Positions 25,499-41,694 are shown, counted from the first letter of the stretch. The stretch is DNA of 64,000 nucleotides from Pseudogymnoascus verrucosus (GCA_001662655.1 KV460212.1); one strand, 5' to 3'. Program-made: numbers and translations. The notes: generated by a model not told the origin, from the letters alone.

Positions 25499-27409
25499 TC
25501 ACTCCGCAGTCCACCTCCCCCAGTACGACGGGTCGAAATTCAAGTTCCCAAGCGAGTTTAAGTCCCAATTGCCTGCCTTGATGGTAATATGCTCATCACC
25601 AACATAGAAGTTCTTAATCAACAGACCGATCTTGTTGGGCGAGTTCTCACCAAGCAAAACTGGTTTGTTGTCGTCGCTGGCATCAGTAAAGGCGCTAAGC
25701 CTGCTCCTGCCAACATTTGTCGATCTGGGCTCAAGGGACTCAATCCATACATTTTCTATTTTGAAGTTATCGATATTAGACAACGGGTTGACGCCAAAAA
25801 GTGCCGGGGAGTGTCCTTCCGCTCGCCAGTTGGATACTGTGTAGTTAGTGATGTGCGAGCTGGTGTCGGCGGTCGAGGTGGATGAATCATCCAAGTAGCT
25901 TGCGGAAGAGCCTACAAGCGCGTATGGATACTTGGTTTGCTGAGAAATATATCGCGAGTGAATGAGGTCGACATGGTCGACTGTGATGTTCGTCAAGTTA
26001 CGCTGGTACCATCCGAATTGAATGATAGGAGCAGTGTTGGTTTTCCAGGCCACGATTCTCTCAGCAAGGACGTTGGAATAGTAGGTCTTGATAACATCGT
26101 CTCCAGCGTGGTAGAAGACGTCGTGAACATGGCTGTTTGGATACATTTGGATTCCGTCCGTCTGACCGAAGAACGCACCAACTTGCTTGTAATCCGACGC
26201 GTGGATACTGAACTCTTCCATTTTCGATGCATCGGAGGCGTAGAAGTCCATCGAATTGAATGGAGGTGAGTTTGTGGTCAGGCCATTGATAGTCCATCTC
26301 GCACCTGGTTGGACGTTGTTTCCTCGCCATAACTTCAGCGAAGTAGCGTCGCTCTTTATGTTTTTGTAGCCCTCGGCTGTGTTAGCTTGATAAACGTACT
26401 GTTCACCTGAGAGCACACCAAATCCAGTCGCCTTTAGCTCTGGTTCTGGACTGTTGTACTCAATGGCCCCCTTGACGTAAGCGCCAGGAGCAATGTAAAC
26501 CCAAGTAACGGACGCAGCAAGAACTGCGCGGGCTTTGGCGGTGAAGTAGTATACCCCTGGGGCAAAGTAGACGATGGACTTATCAGTCTGGTCTAAGCCG
26601 GTCACGAGGCCAGGTTTGACTCGCAGGGTGTTGGCCTCGTCGTTTGGAATCAGATCCTTGGAGGGGAATGGGCTGGCAAAGATCAAAAGAGCATTCCGTG
26701 GTTCAACTCCAACAATCGGCATGCTGTCGTCGTAACTCGGGACGTATCCATAACCATCTGGCTTCTCGTTTTGGACGTATTGGGAGCCTTCCCCCTCACG
26801 GCCGATGCGATACTCAAAGAGATCATCCTTAAGTTCAACTGAGAAACGAACTCCGTTGGGGTTGTAGGGCACAGTGATAAGAGCGTCGCCACCCGCTGCC
26901 TTGATACGGTAGTTAAGATTCGAGGGCCGAATGATAACGTCCTTAGCAGAGATCTTCTTGCCATTGTTCCTAGATACCTTGACTACCACATCCGACCCGT
27001 ACAAGAACTGAGTCCAACCCATCGTGATCCCAACATCGACCTCGAGCGTAATCTGATCCCATTCATCACACAATGACTCGAGGTCTCCAGGAAGGCAGAT
27101 CTTGCCATTGCCGTTCCGTGGGATTGTCTCGTAGACAAAGGAGTCATAGTAGTCATTAGAAGCCTTAGATGTTGCCACCTGAACGGAGTACAGATGCGAT
27201 TGTCTGACATTGCCAACCTCCACTGGGGTCTGGGTGTTGATCTCTCCGGTAGGGTGCCACCATGTGTTCAACTTAGATGTAGTTGCAGTCCGATTGGAGG
27301 AAGTCAAGTGTCCAGCCGCATTTGATTTGCGTTCTAAGACAGCACCCTGAGAGGTATCGAGGAGGCTGGCAATAAGCAGCAGTGGCCAAATCTGCTTCGC
27401 AGAAAACAT
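25499..27409 (-). CDS. Secreted GH49 dextranase, intronless
   Basis: Signal peptide; TWWH..GEINTQTPV..GNVRQSH.YSVQV, SFVYETIPRNGNG, GVEPRNALLIFASPF, catalytic region QTDGIQMY...GDDVIKTYYS as in Dex49A. Confidence 0.92.
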   Translation of the reverse strand: MFSAKQIWPLLLIASLLDTSQGAVLERKSNAAGHLTSSNRTATTSKLNTWWHPTGEINTQTPVEVGNVRQSHLYSVQVATSKASNDYYDSFVYETIPRNGNGKICLPGDLESLCDEWDQITLEVDVGITMGWTQFLYGSDVVVKVSRNNGKKISAKDVIIRPSNLNYRIKAAGGDALITVPYNPNGVRFSVELKDDLFEYRIGREGEGSQYVQNEKPDGYGYVPSYDDSMPIVGVEPRNALLIFASPFPSKDLIPNDEANTLRVKPGLVTGLDQTDKSIVYFAPGVYYFTAKARAVLAASVTWVYIAPGAYVKGAIEYNSPEPELKATGFGVLSGEQYVYQANTAEGYKNIKSDATSLKLWRGNNVQPGARWTINGLTTNSPPFNSMDFYASDASKMEEFSIHASDYKQVGAFFGQTDGIQMYPNSHVHDVFYHAGDDVIKTYYSNVLAERIVAWKTNTAPIIQFGWYQRNLTNITVDHVDLIHSRYISQQTKYPYALVGSSASYLDDSSTSTADTSSHITNYTVSNWRAEGHSPALFGVNPLSNIDNFKIENVWIESLEPRSTNVGRSRLSAFTDASDDNKPVLLGENSPNKIGLLIKNFYVGDEHITIKAGNWDLNSLGNLNFDPSYWGRWTAE

Positions 27410-28593
27410 CTTGACTGCGGATATTGAGGTCAGACTCCTAATGATGCAGGTGGGAAAAGAAATTAGAGGACTGCCTTCAAAATAACTCTTGGGGGGACAT
27501 CATAGCTCTTTTATATACCATGGGCGGTGATGCCAAAGTCTCTCGGGGCCTTGGAATTTCCCCGAGATAATTTAATGCGGGGTTATTCCAAGCGTAAAGT
27601 ATTGGAGTAGATCCGGGGTTAAGGTAATATTAGTGAGGAACACTCTATGAAACGACAATCTTACCCTGTCAAGCTCTTCCACGCTTACTTTTGAAAGATT
27701 ATAGTGGCATTTACTTGCAAGGTTGATTTCAACGTGCTGATCAACAAAGATGCCGAGCGGAGTCGGAGGCTAGCCGCTTGAGGCAATTCTCCGTGGTCGC
27801 CAACCTCGTGGGATACCATCAGTCACTGACCTTGTTTCAAAGATCCCACGTTTTCGTGAGGGGTAGATTATAGATTTCGCAATTCGACCCCGCAATAATT
27901 GGAGATTTTCTCCTGCTATAGTGTCTAGTGAAATACATATAGACTTCATCCCGATGGTCAGTACTCGGCCTTACTATTACGGAGGTCTCGGGCGCGGGTC
28001 GGCAAGTAGAGAGCACGGCCATTATATTGCGGCGAATTCCCTTCTTAGGTTAAATGCCTGTGGTCCTTAAATCGCTAGTTTTCGACACCAGCTTGAGCTA
28101 TATACGCGGGGGTATAGTGGCCGTGATGGCCTCGCTGCTGATTTTGCGATACCAGCAAATAAAGATGAACCGGCGGAAACTGCAGTTGAAATAATTTTTC
28201 GCCGCCATGGAGACGCGATGTTTGTAATGTTTGTATTCGTCTATGTTTATGTACCATAAATTAGCGAAAAATGACATTTTATATGTGCGAAGGTATAATA
28301 ATAATAATATCCAAAATAAAATATGTCACTAAGTGCTTCTGTAAAAATATATCGAGAGTATCAGCTGAATTAATTACCAATTACTGGGCTACATATGTCT
28401 CTATAACTGAGGGCTATTTTGTCTATTCGCCTCTGATTTTCCAGCAGCAAGGTGTATCAAGGAAAGTTTGAGCTATCTAATTAATTTGTTTGCAACGAGC
28501 GATCATAGTCTAATATATATTCTATAAGTTCTTCTCTATCAAATTTGACAAATACAGATCTATGGGAAAGCCGGAGCTCTATCACTAATCTAA

Positions 28594-30785
<2,192 letters not shown>

Positions 30786-31773
30786 TCACAAATAACAAAA
30801 GAGAAAGGTGTTATATACTGTACGTCTTTCTGATCCAGCGATCGCTGGATCATACAATGGGGCTCCGAGAAGGACCCGTACGAGTGGAAGTGATACTTAA
30901 CTTACCGGAGGACCCAAATCTACAATTTGTCGGCGAACTACTGCTTCTGGACATCCATAGACAAACTTTGTAAACTCGCGCAGTACCCATACTGGGAACC
31001 CCGCCAGGTAACCGGATTGGAACGAACCGGACCACTTCAACATTCACCCCACAGTATTTAGAACCTCCGTTCGGGTGACGCATGTATCTCCACATAAATA
31101 GCTAGCGCAGTATGGAGTATGTTATATGGCGGCCTAATTCCTAAAAGAGGGAACGATATTTTTTCGATTTGAAGTTCCTGTTGGCTTCGGCGAATTTCCT
31201 AAAGTGTATAGCGTAATATTTGCTTGAGCTCCCGACGCTAAAACAATTTGGCAGTTCTTTTAGTAGCTCACTTGTCAGCTAATGGGCAAGCTCAGGGTGG
31301 AGATGTTTGGAAATCTGGGTTGACCCACCATACCCTAGGGTCAGGGTCCTGTTCTATTGGCTAGACCCCCGGAGAAGCACCGTCCCCTGTCGACCAAACG
31401 TGACAGCCTCATGGACCTGGACCGCTTTTGACTTCGGCCCTCGGCCGACACTTTGACGGGAGGTAGACTTTTCCAAATAATGGAGCGCAAATGATAGATT
31501 TCGGACTGTAGAGTACAGAGTATGGGGTACGGGGTCCGGGGCGAAGTTGTCGCATGGGTTGTTTTGGTGTCTGATGGGAGGCCCTTCTTTATGGGGAGTC
31601 TGCAATACGTGGGCATCCCAAAGAATATATAAATCACGCCATGCCGCTCCCTCACACTCTCACATTCTCTCATTATCACATCATCATCTTCTCATAACTT
31701 CGTCCCTACCTGGGGTTCTCACACATTTGTTCTACACAACACCTCACGAGGCTGCATTCAGCTATAATCGAGC

Positions 31774-33532
31774 ATGGCTGCTGATTCTCATGATGCCGAT
31801 ACAAAGGCGTCCGACGGAGATGCTACCCACGTCGATAGCAGCGCCGTAACGCGTCTGGCAGAGAAAAAAAACTCAGACTTCGCCGACCTCGTCGAGGATG
31901 CTCAGTTGGGCACGGCCAAAGAACAACAGATGTCAATCATGCAAGCCCTTAGGCTCTATCCCAAGGCCATTGGGTGGTCGGTTCTTTTGTCTACAGCCAT
32001 TATCATGGAAGGCTACGACGTCGTCTTAATGGGATCCTTCTTTGCCTTCCCTCCTTTCCAGGAGAAGTACGGTGTGCTGAACCCAGACGGCAGTTACGGA
32101 CTCACAGCAGCATGGCAAGCTGGTCTTTCAAATGCCATCAATATCGGACAAATCCTCGGCTTATTCGCAAACGGCATTATCTCAGAGCGTTTTGGTTACA
32201 GAAAGACAATGATAGGATCATTACTCCTCACAATCGCATTCATCTTCGTTCTTTTCTTCGCACAGAACGTACAGACGCTCCTCGTGGGAGAGTTCCTCAT
32301 GGGATTTCCCCTTGGTGTCTTCCAAACACTCACCGTCACTTATGCTTCCGAGGTCTGCCCTGTTGTTCTACGGTGTTATCTGACCACATACGTCAATCTG
32401 TGCTGGGTCATTGGCCAGTTCATTGCATCTGGAGTACTAAAGGGACTCGTGGACAGGAAGGATGAATGGGCCTACCGGATCCCCTTCGCTATACAGTGGG
32501 TCTGGCCAATCCCAATTCTCGTGGGCGTGTTTCTCGCTCCCGAGAGCCCATGGTGGCTAGTCCGCAAAGGCCGCGTCGAAGAGGCCAAGCAATCTATATT
32601 ACGATTAACAGGCAAAAACGACCCAGATTTCAATGTCGATGAGACGGTTGCCATGATCATCCACACAAATGAGCTCGAGAAGGAGATTGCTGCAGGTACA
32701 TCTTATGCGGACTGCTTTAAGGGCACAGATCTTCGACGTACAGAAGTTGTTTGTCTCACATGGGCGGCACAAAACCTCTCTGGGGCTGGTCTCATGTCTT
32801 ATTCCACCTACTTCTATGTGCAAGCTGGGCTTGCGACATCAAACTCTTTCAGCATGTCTCTTGGTCAATACGGCCTCGGAATGGTTGGGACGCTTTTCTC
32901 TTGGGTTCTAATGACTTACTTTGGTCGTCGTACGCTCTACGTCGGAGGCTTAGCCTCACTTTGCGTGGTCCTCTTTATAGTCGGCTTCGTCTCTCTTGCT
33001 GGCACTGAAAACGCTTCTGCGTCATGGGCTACTGGCTCAATGTTGCTGGTCTATACCTTTGTATACGACTCCACCGTCGGACCGGTATGCTATTCACTCG
33101 TTTCCGAACTTTCGTCCACTCGTCTTCGCACCAAGACCGTTGTCCTTGCAAGGAACACCTACAACATGCTCAGCATTGTCAACAACGTCATAATCCCTTA
33201 CATGCTCAACCCAACTGCGTATGTATTAAAATTTCTATCAGTGTTAAAACCATTGTAATTGCACCGGCAAGAACAGCTAATAATAATAATACAGCTGGAA
33301 CTGGGCGGGCAAGGCTGGATTTTTCTGGGGCAGTATTTGCTTTACGGTTTTGATCTGGTCCTTTTTCCGCCTCCCTGAGCCCAAAGGTCGCACCTATGGC
33401 GAACTCGATATCCTGTTCGAAAGAAAAGTCGCCGCTCGGAAGTTCAAGGATACTGCTGTTGATCAGTTTCAAGGAGACTCTAAAGTCTTCGCAGAGAAGG
33501 CCATACATCTTGAGGAGGTTGAGAAAGCATAG
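31774..33532 (+). CDS. Maltose/alpha-glucoside permease (MAL31/MalP-like), 2 exons
   Basis: LYPKAIGWSVLLSTAIIMEGYD, TYASEVCPVVLRCYLTTYVNLCW, PESPWWLVRKG, SSTRLRTKTVVLARN, LPEPKGRTYGELD. Confidence 0.92.
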
Positions 33533-34120
33533 GGTCACTTCCGTCTCCATTGGTCGGAGTAGATCAAGGTACAATATGCACGGGAACTAGACTCTTTTGG
33601 AGTTACTGAATATATAGTAGCGGTTACTCCTCAGAGGCTAAAACTGTCTAATTTCAGAATAAAATTGTCTCGCAGTGTTGGATGATCTACGTACCTGCAA
33701 ATATCAAAGTAGTTTAATGTTATTAGCGGATTGATTTAAATTATGTGTCTGTCTTATTCTCACTTTGTGAACCGCCCTGTTTGTGAGTCGAAATAGCGTC
33801 CAGGGATATATAGTTTTACTCTCGTCCTAAACCAAATCAGCAATAGTTTTTGCTGCTAATTCATTTGACAGGGTTATTTTCGACTGGTCTACCTTATCAT
33901 ACTGGTCCTCAGCCCTTCTCATAATATGTCCATGCGCTCCTATACTCGGATTAACCTTGTTCCATCCCCAGGTTCGTGGGGATCTTCCCCATGAACCTTC
34001 CCCACAACACCAAATGCCTTCTGCATCCCATGACCTCCACTAAGAATTCCACAATTCAAAACTTTACAGAACACTTATAGCTTTCACCAGACAACTTCAC
34101 TAGTGTCGCAGCATTTTGCG

Positions 34121-35870
34121 ATGCTCAGCCCCTATGGCCAAAGCGGGCCCGTCAGAATACCAGAAGTCCAATTCTATGGCAGCGTACGTCGTGCGTGCGA
34201 TTGCTGTAGAAGAAAAAAGATCCGATGCGATACCTCTCTACCATGCGGGAACTGCCGTACGAAATCGCTTACATGCACCTACTTGCATTCTCCAAAGATG
34301 AAGGGACGGGAGAAGAGCCAAGATAGTGCAGGGCTGGGTTCTATTTTCCAAAGCAATGGCGAGCCAGTCTACGAGGGGCAACAGAGATTACCAACCAGCA
34401 GCTCGTCACCAACGTCACTGGAGTATCAATTTGCGTGCTCTTTGGACAATTTGCAACCAAATTTACCGAGCAATATCTCTGTTGCAAGCCACAACGATGC
34501 AGCCTCCCTATCCGTCGGGTCGCCAGTATATCCCGAAACCTACGGTGCGCCGGGCCTAGTTGCACGGCCTGCTGCCTCTGAAGATTCTTACGATGGCTGG
34601 CCTGACAAAAAACCGCGTATCCAAGTGTCGATTGTAGATCTCTTACCGCTAATAGAGATGTACTTTGACCACCTTTTCCCGATAATGCCGGTCTTGGATC
34701 GAAACAAGTATCTCAATTCAAAAGTGCTCGAGGATCAGGTTGCTCTACCTCCAGGAGAGCATGCTTTACTAACTGCTGTTTCAGCACTGACAATAGTGCA
34801 GCTCAGTCTCCCAGGGCACTTTGTGCCGAATGATATTCCAACAATATCTGCTGGGATGTTAATCGAGGAGTGTTTACGGACGCGCCATAGATGCAATTAC
34901 ATTGAAAACCCAAATCTATCAACCGTTCTGACATCCTTCTTTTTATTTGGCTATTACGGAAACCTCGAAAAGCACAACCAAGCTCGACATTTTCTTCACG
35001 AAGCCATCTCGTTTGCTGAAGCAATTAAACTTGATGACGAAGTCTACTTATCCCAGCTGGAGACTAGACAGGAGCAGTGGTATCGAAGGACATTCTGGCT
35101 TTTGTTTATTACTGAAAGGTATATGCCAAGAATTGTTCACCGATCGGAGTTAACGGTTTTGTAGGGCATATGCTCTTCAGCAGCAGAACCGTATTAAAAT
35201 CCAGACCTCATTAAACAAACTACCCGCAGTCTTTGGATCGGAAGAGCCGCAACTTCTATACGGATTCGTCAATCTTGTCAACTTATTTATCGTCATCGAT
35301 AGCACGTTCCTATCTATGGTGAATAGTACGTCAAAAAGCGCCGACTTTTCTAAGACTTGGCTTGTTGAAGTTCTCCGCAAGCTGGCTGCGTCGTCCATAA
35401 CATATGAAACCCTTGAAACGCACCAACTAGACATCTTGGTATCAAGACAATGGCTACAGATGCGTCTGTGGCAGCTCAGTGTGAAGCAGGGCCTACTCAC
35501 TACGAACTCTACCGAGGAGCCTTTTAATTTACAATACCCGATTCTCCTTGCACGAGATGTCGTGAGAACTATCAGCTCGGTGAATCAGGAAACATTAGAC
35601 TCTCACGGTATTGGAATGGTTAGTTGGCCGAAGAGCTCTTTCACCAGAACAACTACTTACATCTGTCTGGTATTATAGGAGCAAAAGCTGGCCGATATAG
35701 CCGCCTGTTTAACAGACGTGCTAAAATGTGCTGAAGGTGATATGTCGGAGCCATATCCGCAAGGTCGTGAATACCTTGTGGCTTTGTTTGAACAACTGTC
35801 GCGGATGAGGGGAGCCCAATCGCGTTACTTGCAGCCCTTACTAGAGAAGTCCCATGCCGTCACTTGCTAG
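34121..35870 (+). CDS. Zn(II)2Cys6 transcription factor, MAL activator/MalR-like (3 exons)
   Basis: RACDCCRRKKIRCD...PCGNC......CTY; fungal TF domain YFDHLFPIMPV, SFFLFGYYGNL, RRTFWLLFITER|AYALQ, DILVSRQWLQMRLWQL, DSHGIGM|EQKL. Confidence 0.88.
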
Positions 35871-36873
35871 GGATTCTCATTGCAAACGGATTTCGAATGA
35901 ACTTGGAGGGATACGTGCAATAAGATGGCCAAGATGAAGAGCTGGCGAATAGCCGCATCGCTGGTGCCGCCATGGTGAAGATGCTTGGAAGGGACTCCAA
36001 AAAGGTATTTCTTCGTTTCTTTTGTGTCCACCACTCGTCCTTAAATTTAGTGTGTGGATACCTCAAGCTACAAATAAGTGTACAGTGATTAACCCGGGGT
36101 GCAATAGTTTAGAAAGTGGGCAAACGAGATTTGTCAACGAACTTTGTAAAACAGCGACGGAGGTTAAATGTTTGAAGTTACTACGGAACATACGGAACAT
36201 ACGCTCAAGAATAGACAACACTGAAGATCCTCTAATACTGTGCTGTATGTAGAGAGGAACTATAGTACATAGGCAGGCAACGTTACATACCGATTTGTAA
36301 TGTCCAAAGGTTGAAAGGCGTAAGCTGCCAAGTCAACCGAACGAACCCATTAGATAAACAGGATACAAAGAATAAAGAACATATCATATCTCCTAATCAA
36401 CAAATAGCGTACCGACAGGGAGGACCCTGAGCACGGCTGCGGTAGTGCTTACAAGGTTTGACAGCAACGCCATGCGGGGTAGCTCCGGTTGTTACCACCC
36501 CCGGAAATATTTCACTTCATTCTCACATCTCAATGGTCGACTCGCAAGCCATCGCAGCCACAATAATCATGTGTCCATAGGTAACATATATTACTGTCGC
36601 ACAACCTTCTACATTCTGCTAGTCGCATAATGCGCCTCACCGTTGAACATGGATTAATGATGTCAGTATATGTCGCCCAGGGCGAGCCTTGTAGCCTTGT
36701 TCGCACAGCTTTTACTCATAAACAAACTTTCCCTCCGAGTCGGAGAGGAGGATTTTCGCTACGACCACACGAGTCCCCCATCCCCCCAAATAGTATATAC
36801 AGTCCGAATACCAATTCTTTCCACCTCATCGTGTGCCTATTCTTCTAATTGCGCCAGCTAATAGTTGCACAAT

Positions 36874-39177
36874 ATGGCGGACCCCAACGGTGATCCCGAG
36901 ATTAACAACGCGTAGGCAAACCCTCGTGATTACAAAACAGCTGAAACAACGAGCAAGGCTAACCATTACTTCTTCCCCACAGCCCAGCGACAGAATCTGT
37001 CGCAGATCCTACTCCTGATGCTACTACAGAGAAGCGCAAGGGCTCCGTTTTCGTAGATAAAAGCCTTGAAAAGGACAGTTTCGCAGCCCTGACCGAGAAT
37101 GTCACCGGAGAGTCCGTTACTTATCCCCCTTCAGCCGTAGCCTCACTAAGTCCATTCACAGGATCAAAAATCCCCTCGTTGGCATCCCCAAGGAACAGTT
37201 AATCCAGGATGTTGAGGGCTTCGCTTCAGAGTTTGACCTCCGTGAAATGATACCGATGCTCATCAAAGGCGCCCTCGTCGCACAGAACCCAGCGGGCATT
37301 GATGAAATCACCGAGCTCGATGACGAAGATCGCCGAATTTTGCGCGAGGAAGTCACGCACAAGTGGAAGCATCCAAGAATCCTCTACCTAACCATCGTGC
37401 TGAACTCGATTGCCGCCGCCATTCAAGGATGGGATCAAACAGGTAGGCTAATCATCCGCGGCGCCGGGAGCTCAGCGGCTTACATTGATCACAGGATCCA
37501 ATGGAGCCAATCTCACATTTTCGCCGGCGCTTGGGATTCCTGACACTGGAGAATTTTGTAAGGATCCTGCCAACGCGGCGACCTGTGACAAGAATTCTTG
37601 GATAGTGGGGTTCATAAACTCCGCCCCATACATTGCGATTTGCCTTTTGTACGTGTGAACCATGCCCATTAGCCTACATTTATTCTAACCCTCTCCATAG
37701 TGCAGCCTGGATATCCGACCCTATCAACCACATCCTCGGTCGTAGGGGAACAATCTTTCTTGCCGCCATCTTCAGTCTGCTCGCTCCGTTTGGCGAAGCC
37801 ACCGTGCAGACATGGCCCCAACTTGTCGTATGCCGTATCCTTCTCGGGATTGGTATGGGACTGAAAGAAGTCACTGTTCCCGTCTATTCTGCAGAGATTG
37901 CACCAAGGACAATTCGTGGTGGTTTGGTCATGTCCTGGCAGGTCTGGACTGCGTTTGGCATCCTTCTCGGGACATGCGCAAACCTTGTCTTTGTCAACAC
38001 AGGCAAACTTGTCTGGCGCCTTCAGTTTGGCTCGGCATTTGTTCCTGTTATCCCTCTCCTTATAGGCGTCTATTTCTGTCCTGAGTCTCCGCGTTGGCTT
38101 TTGAAGAAAGGTCAGGTAAGCAAGGCATACAGATCTCTTGTTCGTCTACGAAACTCGGAACTACAGGCGGCGAGGGATTTGTATTTTATTCACGCCCAAC
38201 TCGTCTATGAGGATGCTCTATTGGAGAAGTCTGGACTATCGAAGAACAGCAACATGTTCACTCGATTCATCGAACTGTTCACCATCCCCCGTCTTCGTCG
38301 AGCCACCCTGGCTTCGGGAGTCGTTATGCTGGCGCAGCAAATGTGCGGAAGTAAGTGCAACACTGTTCGCCATCCGTGATGCCAAGCTAACAATTACGCA
38401 GTTAATATCATGTCATTTTACTCCTCCACCATCTTCCGCAATGCGGGCGCCTCCGACATCGTCGCGCTCCTCGCATCCTTCGGCTTCGGCCTCGTCAACT
38501 TTGTCTTCGCTTGGCCCGCCGTCTGGACAATCGACACCTTCGGCAGACGCGGTCTACTCCTATTCACCTTCCCAAATATGTCATGGACCCTTCTAGCCGC
38601 TGGCATGGCCTACTTCATCCCTCAAGATCAAACCGCCCATCTTGGCGTCGTCCTCTTCTTCGTCTACATATACGATGCGTTCTACTCTCCTGGCGAAGGC
38701 CCCGTCCCCTTCACCTACTCCGCCGAAGTCTTCCCCCTCTCACACAGAGAAATCGGTATGTCCTGGGCCGTGGCGACCAACAATTTCTGGGCCACCGTCG
38801 TCTCGCTCACTTTCCCGCGCCAGCTGCGCGCCTTCGGCACGCCTGGTGCATTCAGCTTCTACGCCGCTATGAACCTTGTGGCTCTCTTTTTAATCTTCTG
38901 CTTCATGCCCGAGACGAAGCAGCGCACGCTCGAGGAGCTGGATTACGTCTTTGCTGTGCCGACGAGTACGCATACCAAGTATCAGATGTTCACCGTGCTA
39001 CCGTGGTGGTTCAAGAATATCCCAAATTTCCTGCGTAGGAGGGAGCCGACGCACTGCCCGGAGTTGTATAAGTTTGAGGATGACTCTTGGGCTAATGCCG
39101 AGGATTCTAAGGACTCAAAGGGATCGGGGCCGGAGACGGCGCCGCGTGAGAAGGATGAAGTGGAGGTACCGGTTTGA
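36874..39177 (+). CDS. MFS sugar porter (polyol/inositol transporter-like), multi-exon
   Basis: [79 protein letters not shown]. Confidence 0.9.
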
Positions 39178-39634
39178 GGCCGAGATGAGAGTGGGTGGAG
39201 GTGATGTCTATTGAGTTGGGTTTTAGAGTTGGGAGATGAGATGCGGGTAGCTGATATAATTTGAGGGGGTGCTGATGCTTTTTTTTTGTCCTTTTTTTTC
39301 CAAGTCGAGTTTTGATATCCTGTCACTATCTCGTAGCTAATTACTCCCAAGATATCCTATTTGAACGACGTTTTGCTTTTTGGCATGGGACATTGCACAA
39401 TTCCAGATCCTCTCTACTTCAATTCTGATGACGTTAATTTGATAACCAATGGACGTCAATCAAATGCTTTCACTACATCGGTTAAGGCTCAGCAAAACTG
39501 GGATTTTATAAGCCTAAAACCTAGCGACAACGCAATAACATATAGCTAGCAAAGTTCAATCCGTCCAACAGTGAAAAAACCAGTCCACCACCCCCAATTC
39601 GATCCCTCTCAACTCTGGAAATAAAATCCAAGCA

Positions 39635-40984
39635 TCAAATTCCATCCCTCGCAGCTATCATAGTCGTCTCGTATGCATCCAGCGCCTCGCAAACACTCGG
39701 TAGTAGTGTATCTATGCCATAGTCGAGGATATTCTCCACTGCGCACGCAACGGCCCTCAGCCCCTCCACACTGTCCATAAAGTGCCTCGCAATCCTTTCG
39801 ACGCGGAAGCTACACGGCTCGTCTTGTCCTAGGATGCCCTCTACCCAGTGTACGTTTATCTGCGCGTACGCCTGGTCGATCGTGATGGAGAAGAAGCGCA
39901 GCGCGCTCGCGTCAACTGCTGTCACGCCATAGGCTCGCCGCATCAGCTCAAGCTGTCCGTTTAGGGCAATGGCGCCGGCGCCAGCAACTTGGTTTGTGGC
40001 CACGTAGTGCGTGCCTTTATTTGCCTGCGACTTAAACTCTATGGCCAGGAATGGGAAACGCGCATCCTGGTTTGGCATTACGTAGCTGTGCCTAGATTCG
40101 TCAACCAGATGCATCATCATTGCTTTTTGGCGCGTAGTGAAGGCCGGTCTGGAAAATCCGAAGACAAAGTCTGGTTTGGGTCTTGGGAGAGAAAGAAGTG
40201 ATGCCACATCAGCGAGTTCGGGTAAAAGGGGTATGGGATTGCACGGTGCCACAACCGACTATAACACCTTACAAACCTCTCATCAAGAATCCGCTCTGTA
40301 GCGGGAACGACCGTTGATGCTAACTCTTTAATAGCATACTCATTTTGAGTTTGAATCCTGCGTATTGTCCGTATAAGATCCTGAAAAGCTGCATTGTCCA
40401 TCTTGGGGGTTTCTCTAGGCCGTTCTATCATCTCAGTCGCTCGCTGTATCCGTTCAATTGGAAGTTCTCCGTACTCGATATGAATATTGCGGTAACTCAG
40501 GGAATCGCGATAATCTAAATCATTCTCGTCTGCGGCGACTATTGCAGAGCTTCTCGTCGACGCGCTAGGAGCACTGACACTATAATTATCACCGTATGAG
40601 GAGCACTCGTCAGGGTGTACTATTTCCGTAGAAGCTTCTGAGGATCGCAGAGATCGACTGGACCCGCTTAGCCAACCTTGAATTCCTTTCTTTTTGCTAG
40701 TTTGCTGAGTTGCTGTAAAATGATAAGAACATGAACGGTGCTGACAGTAGACAAATAGGTAAACAGCGCAAGGGATGGATATATAGGGAACTGAGAACAT
40801 GTCTCCCTCTTGGGGATCAGCTCCTGCTGCAGCTCATCATTGTTTTGGTCTTTGTCCTTCCCTTGGTCTTGGAATCTTGTTTCCGGATTGCCTACGGACA
40901 GTTAGTGGCTGTGAGGACCATGACAGAGTGGAGGGTCTCACATAGGCTGCCACCTCCTCTATTATTTTCATTTTTGTTATCCAT
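39635..40984 (-). pseudogene. PD-(D/E)XK-nuclease-like hypothetical protein with a 1-nt frameshift near 40235
   Basis: LPRPKPDFVFGFS...FPFLAIEFKSQ...ATNQVAGAG motif. The upstream frame ends WHRAIP and the downstream frame resumes IPLLPEL; one extra base in a C-run would join them. Confidence 0.6.
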
Positions 40985-41694
40985 GTTGATACATTGATCA
41001 GTAATTGTCGGGCCAGTTAGTCAGATGAAGTCTGAAGTGGTAAAAGGGTTGTGTTGTATTGTTTTGTATTGTAAGATTATTAAAAGTCAAACAGAACTGA
41101 CGAGACAACTCGATGGGGTTTTATCACAGAAATACGGTCTTTGTTTGCCGGATACCTGACCAAAACATCTCGGTTATGTGCGTTACATTACACTGGTTGT
41201 CATTGGTCTATGTTAGAATGTTCAATGCACATGCTCTTTGTTTATGGTTGCCGTCTTGCCCCCATTAGTAGCACAACTTACTCGTGCCTCCCAGATGTCC
41301 GAAGGCGGACTGTACAAACAAGCCGGTGACTAGTTCTAGCAATTTAACCTGACAGATGTATTTCTAAGCAAATAACATGCTAATTATAGCCCTTTGTAAT
41401 TGGAAGCCTTTGTTATATATACAGTTGCTGTAACCACTGTTGTCATCCGCAGTCCCTCTTCAAACTTTTGGGTGGCATGTTTTGAGAGACATGAGAAGTT
41501 TTGTTAAGTCCTTTATATTCTTTGATAATTAGTAGCAAGGTATTCGGTATCCTCTTGTGGCTTCATTAATTTGGAACGGCACAATCGATGAGAGAAATAC
41601 TAAGCTATCCGATTTGAGCCACATATTGCTTCCTTTAGTAAAGTAACCTGGCATATTTCTGTGTCCACTACGGAAATGGTTCTAAATCTTTAGT

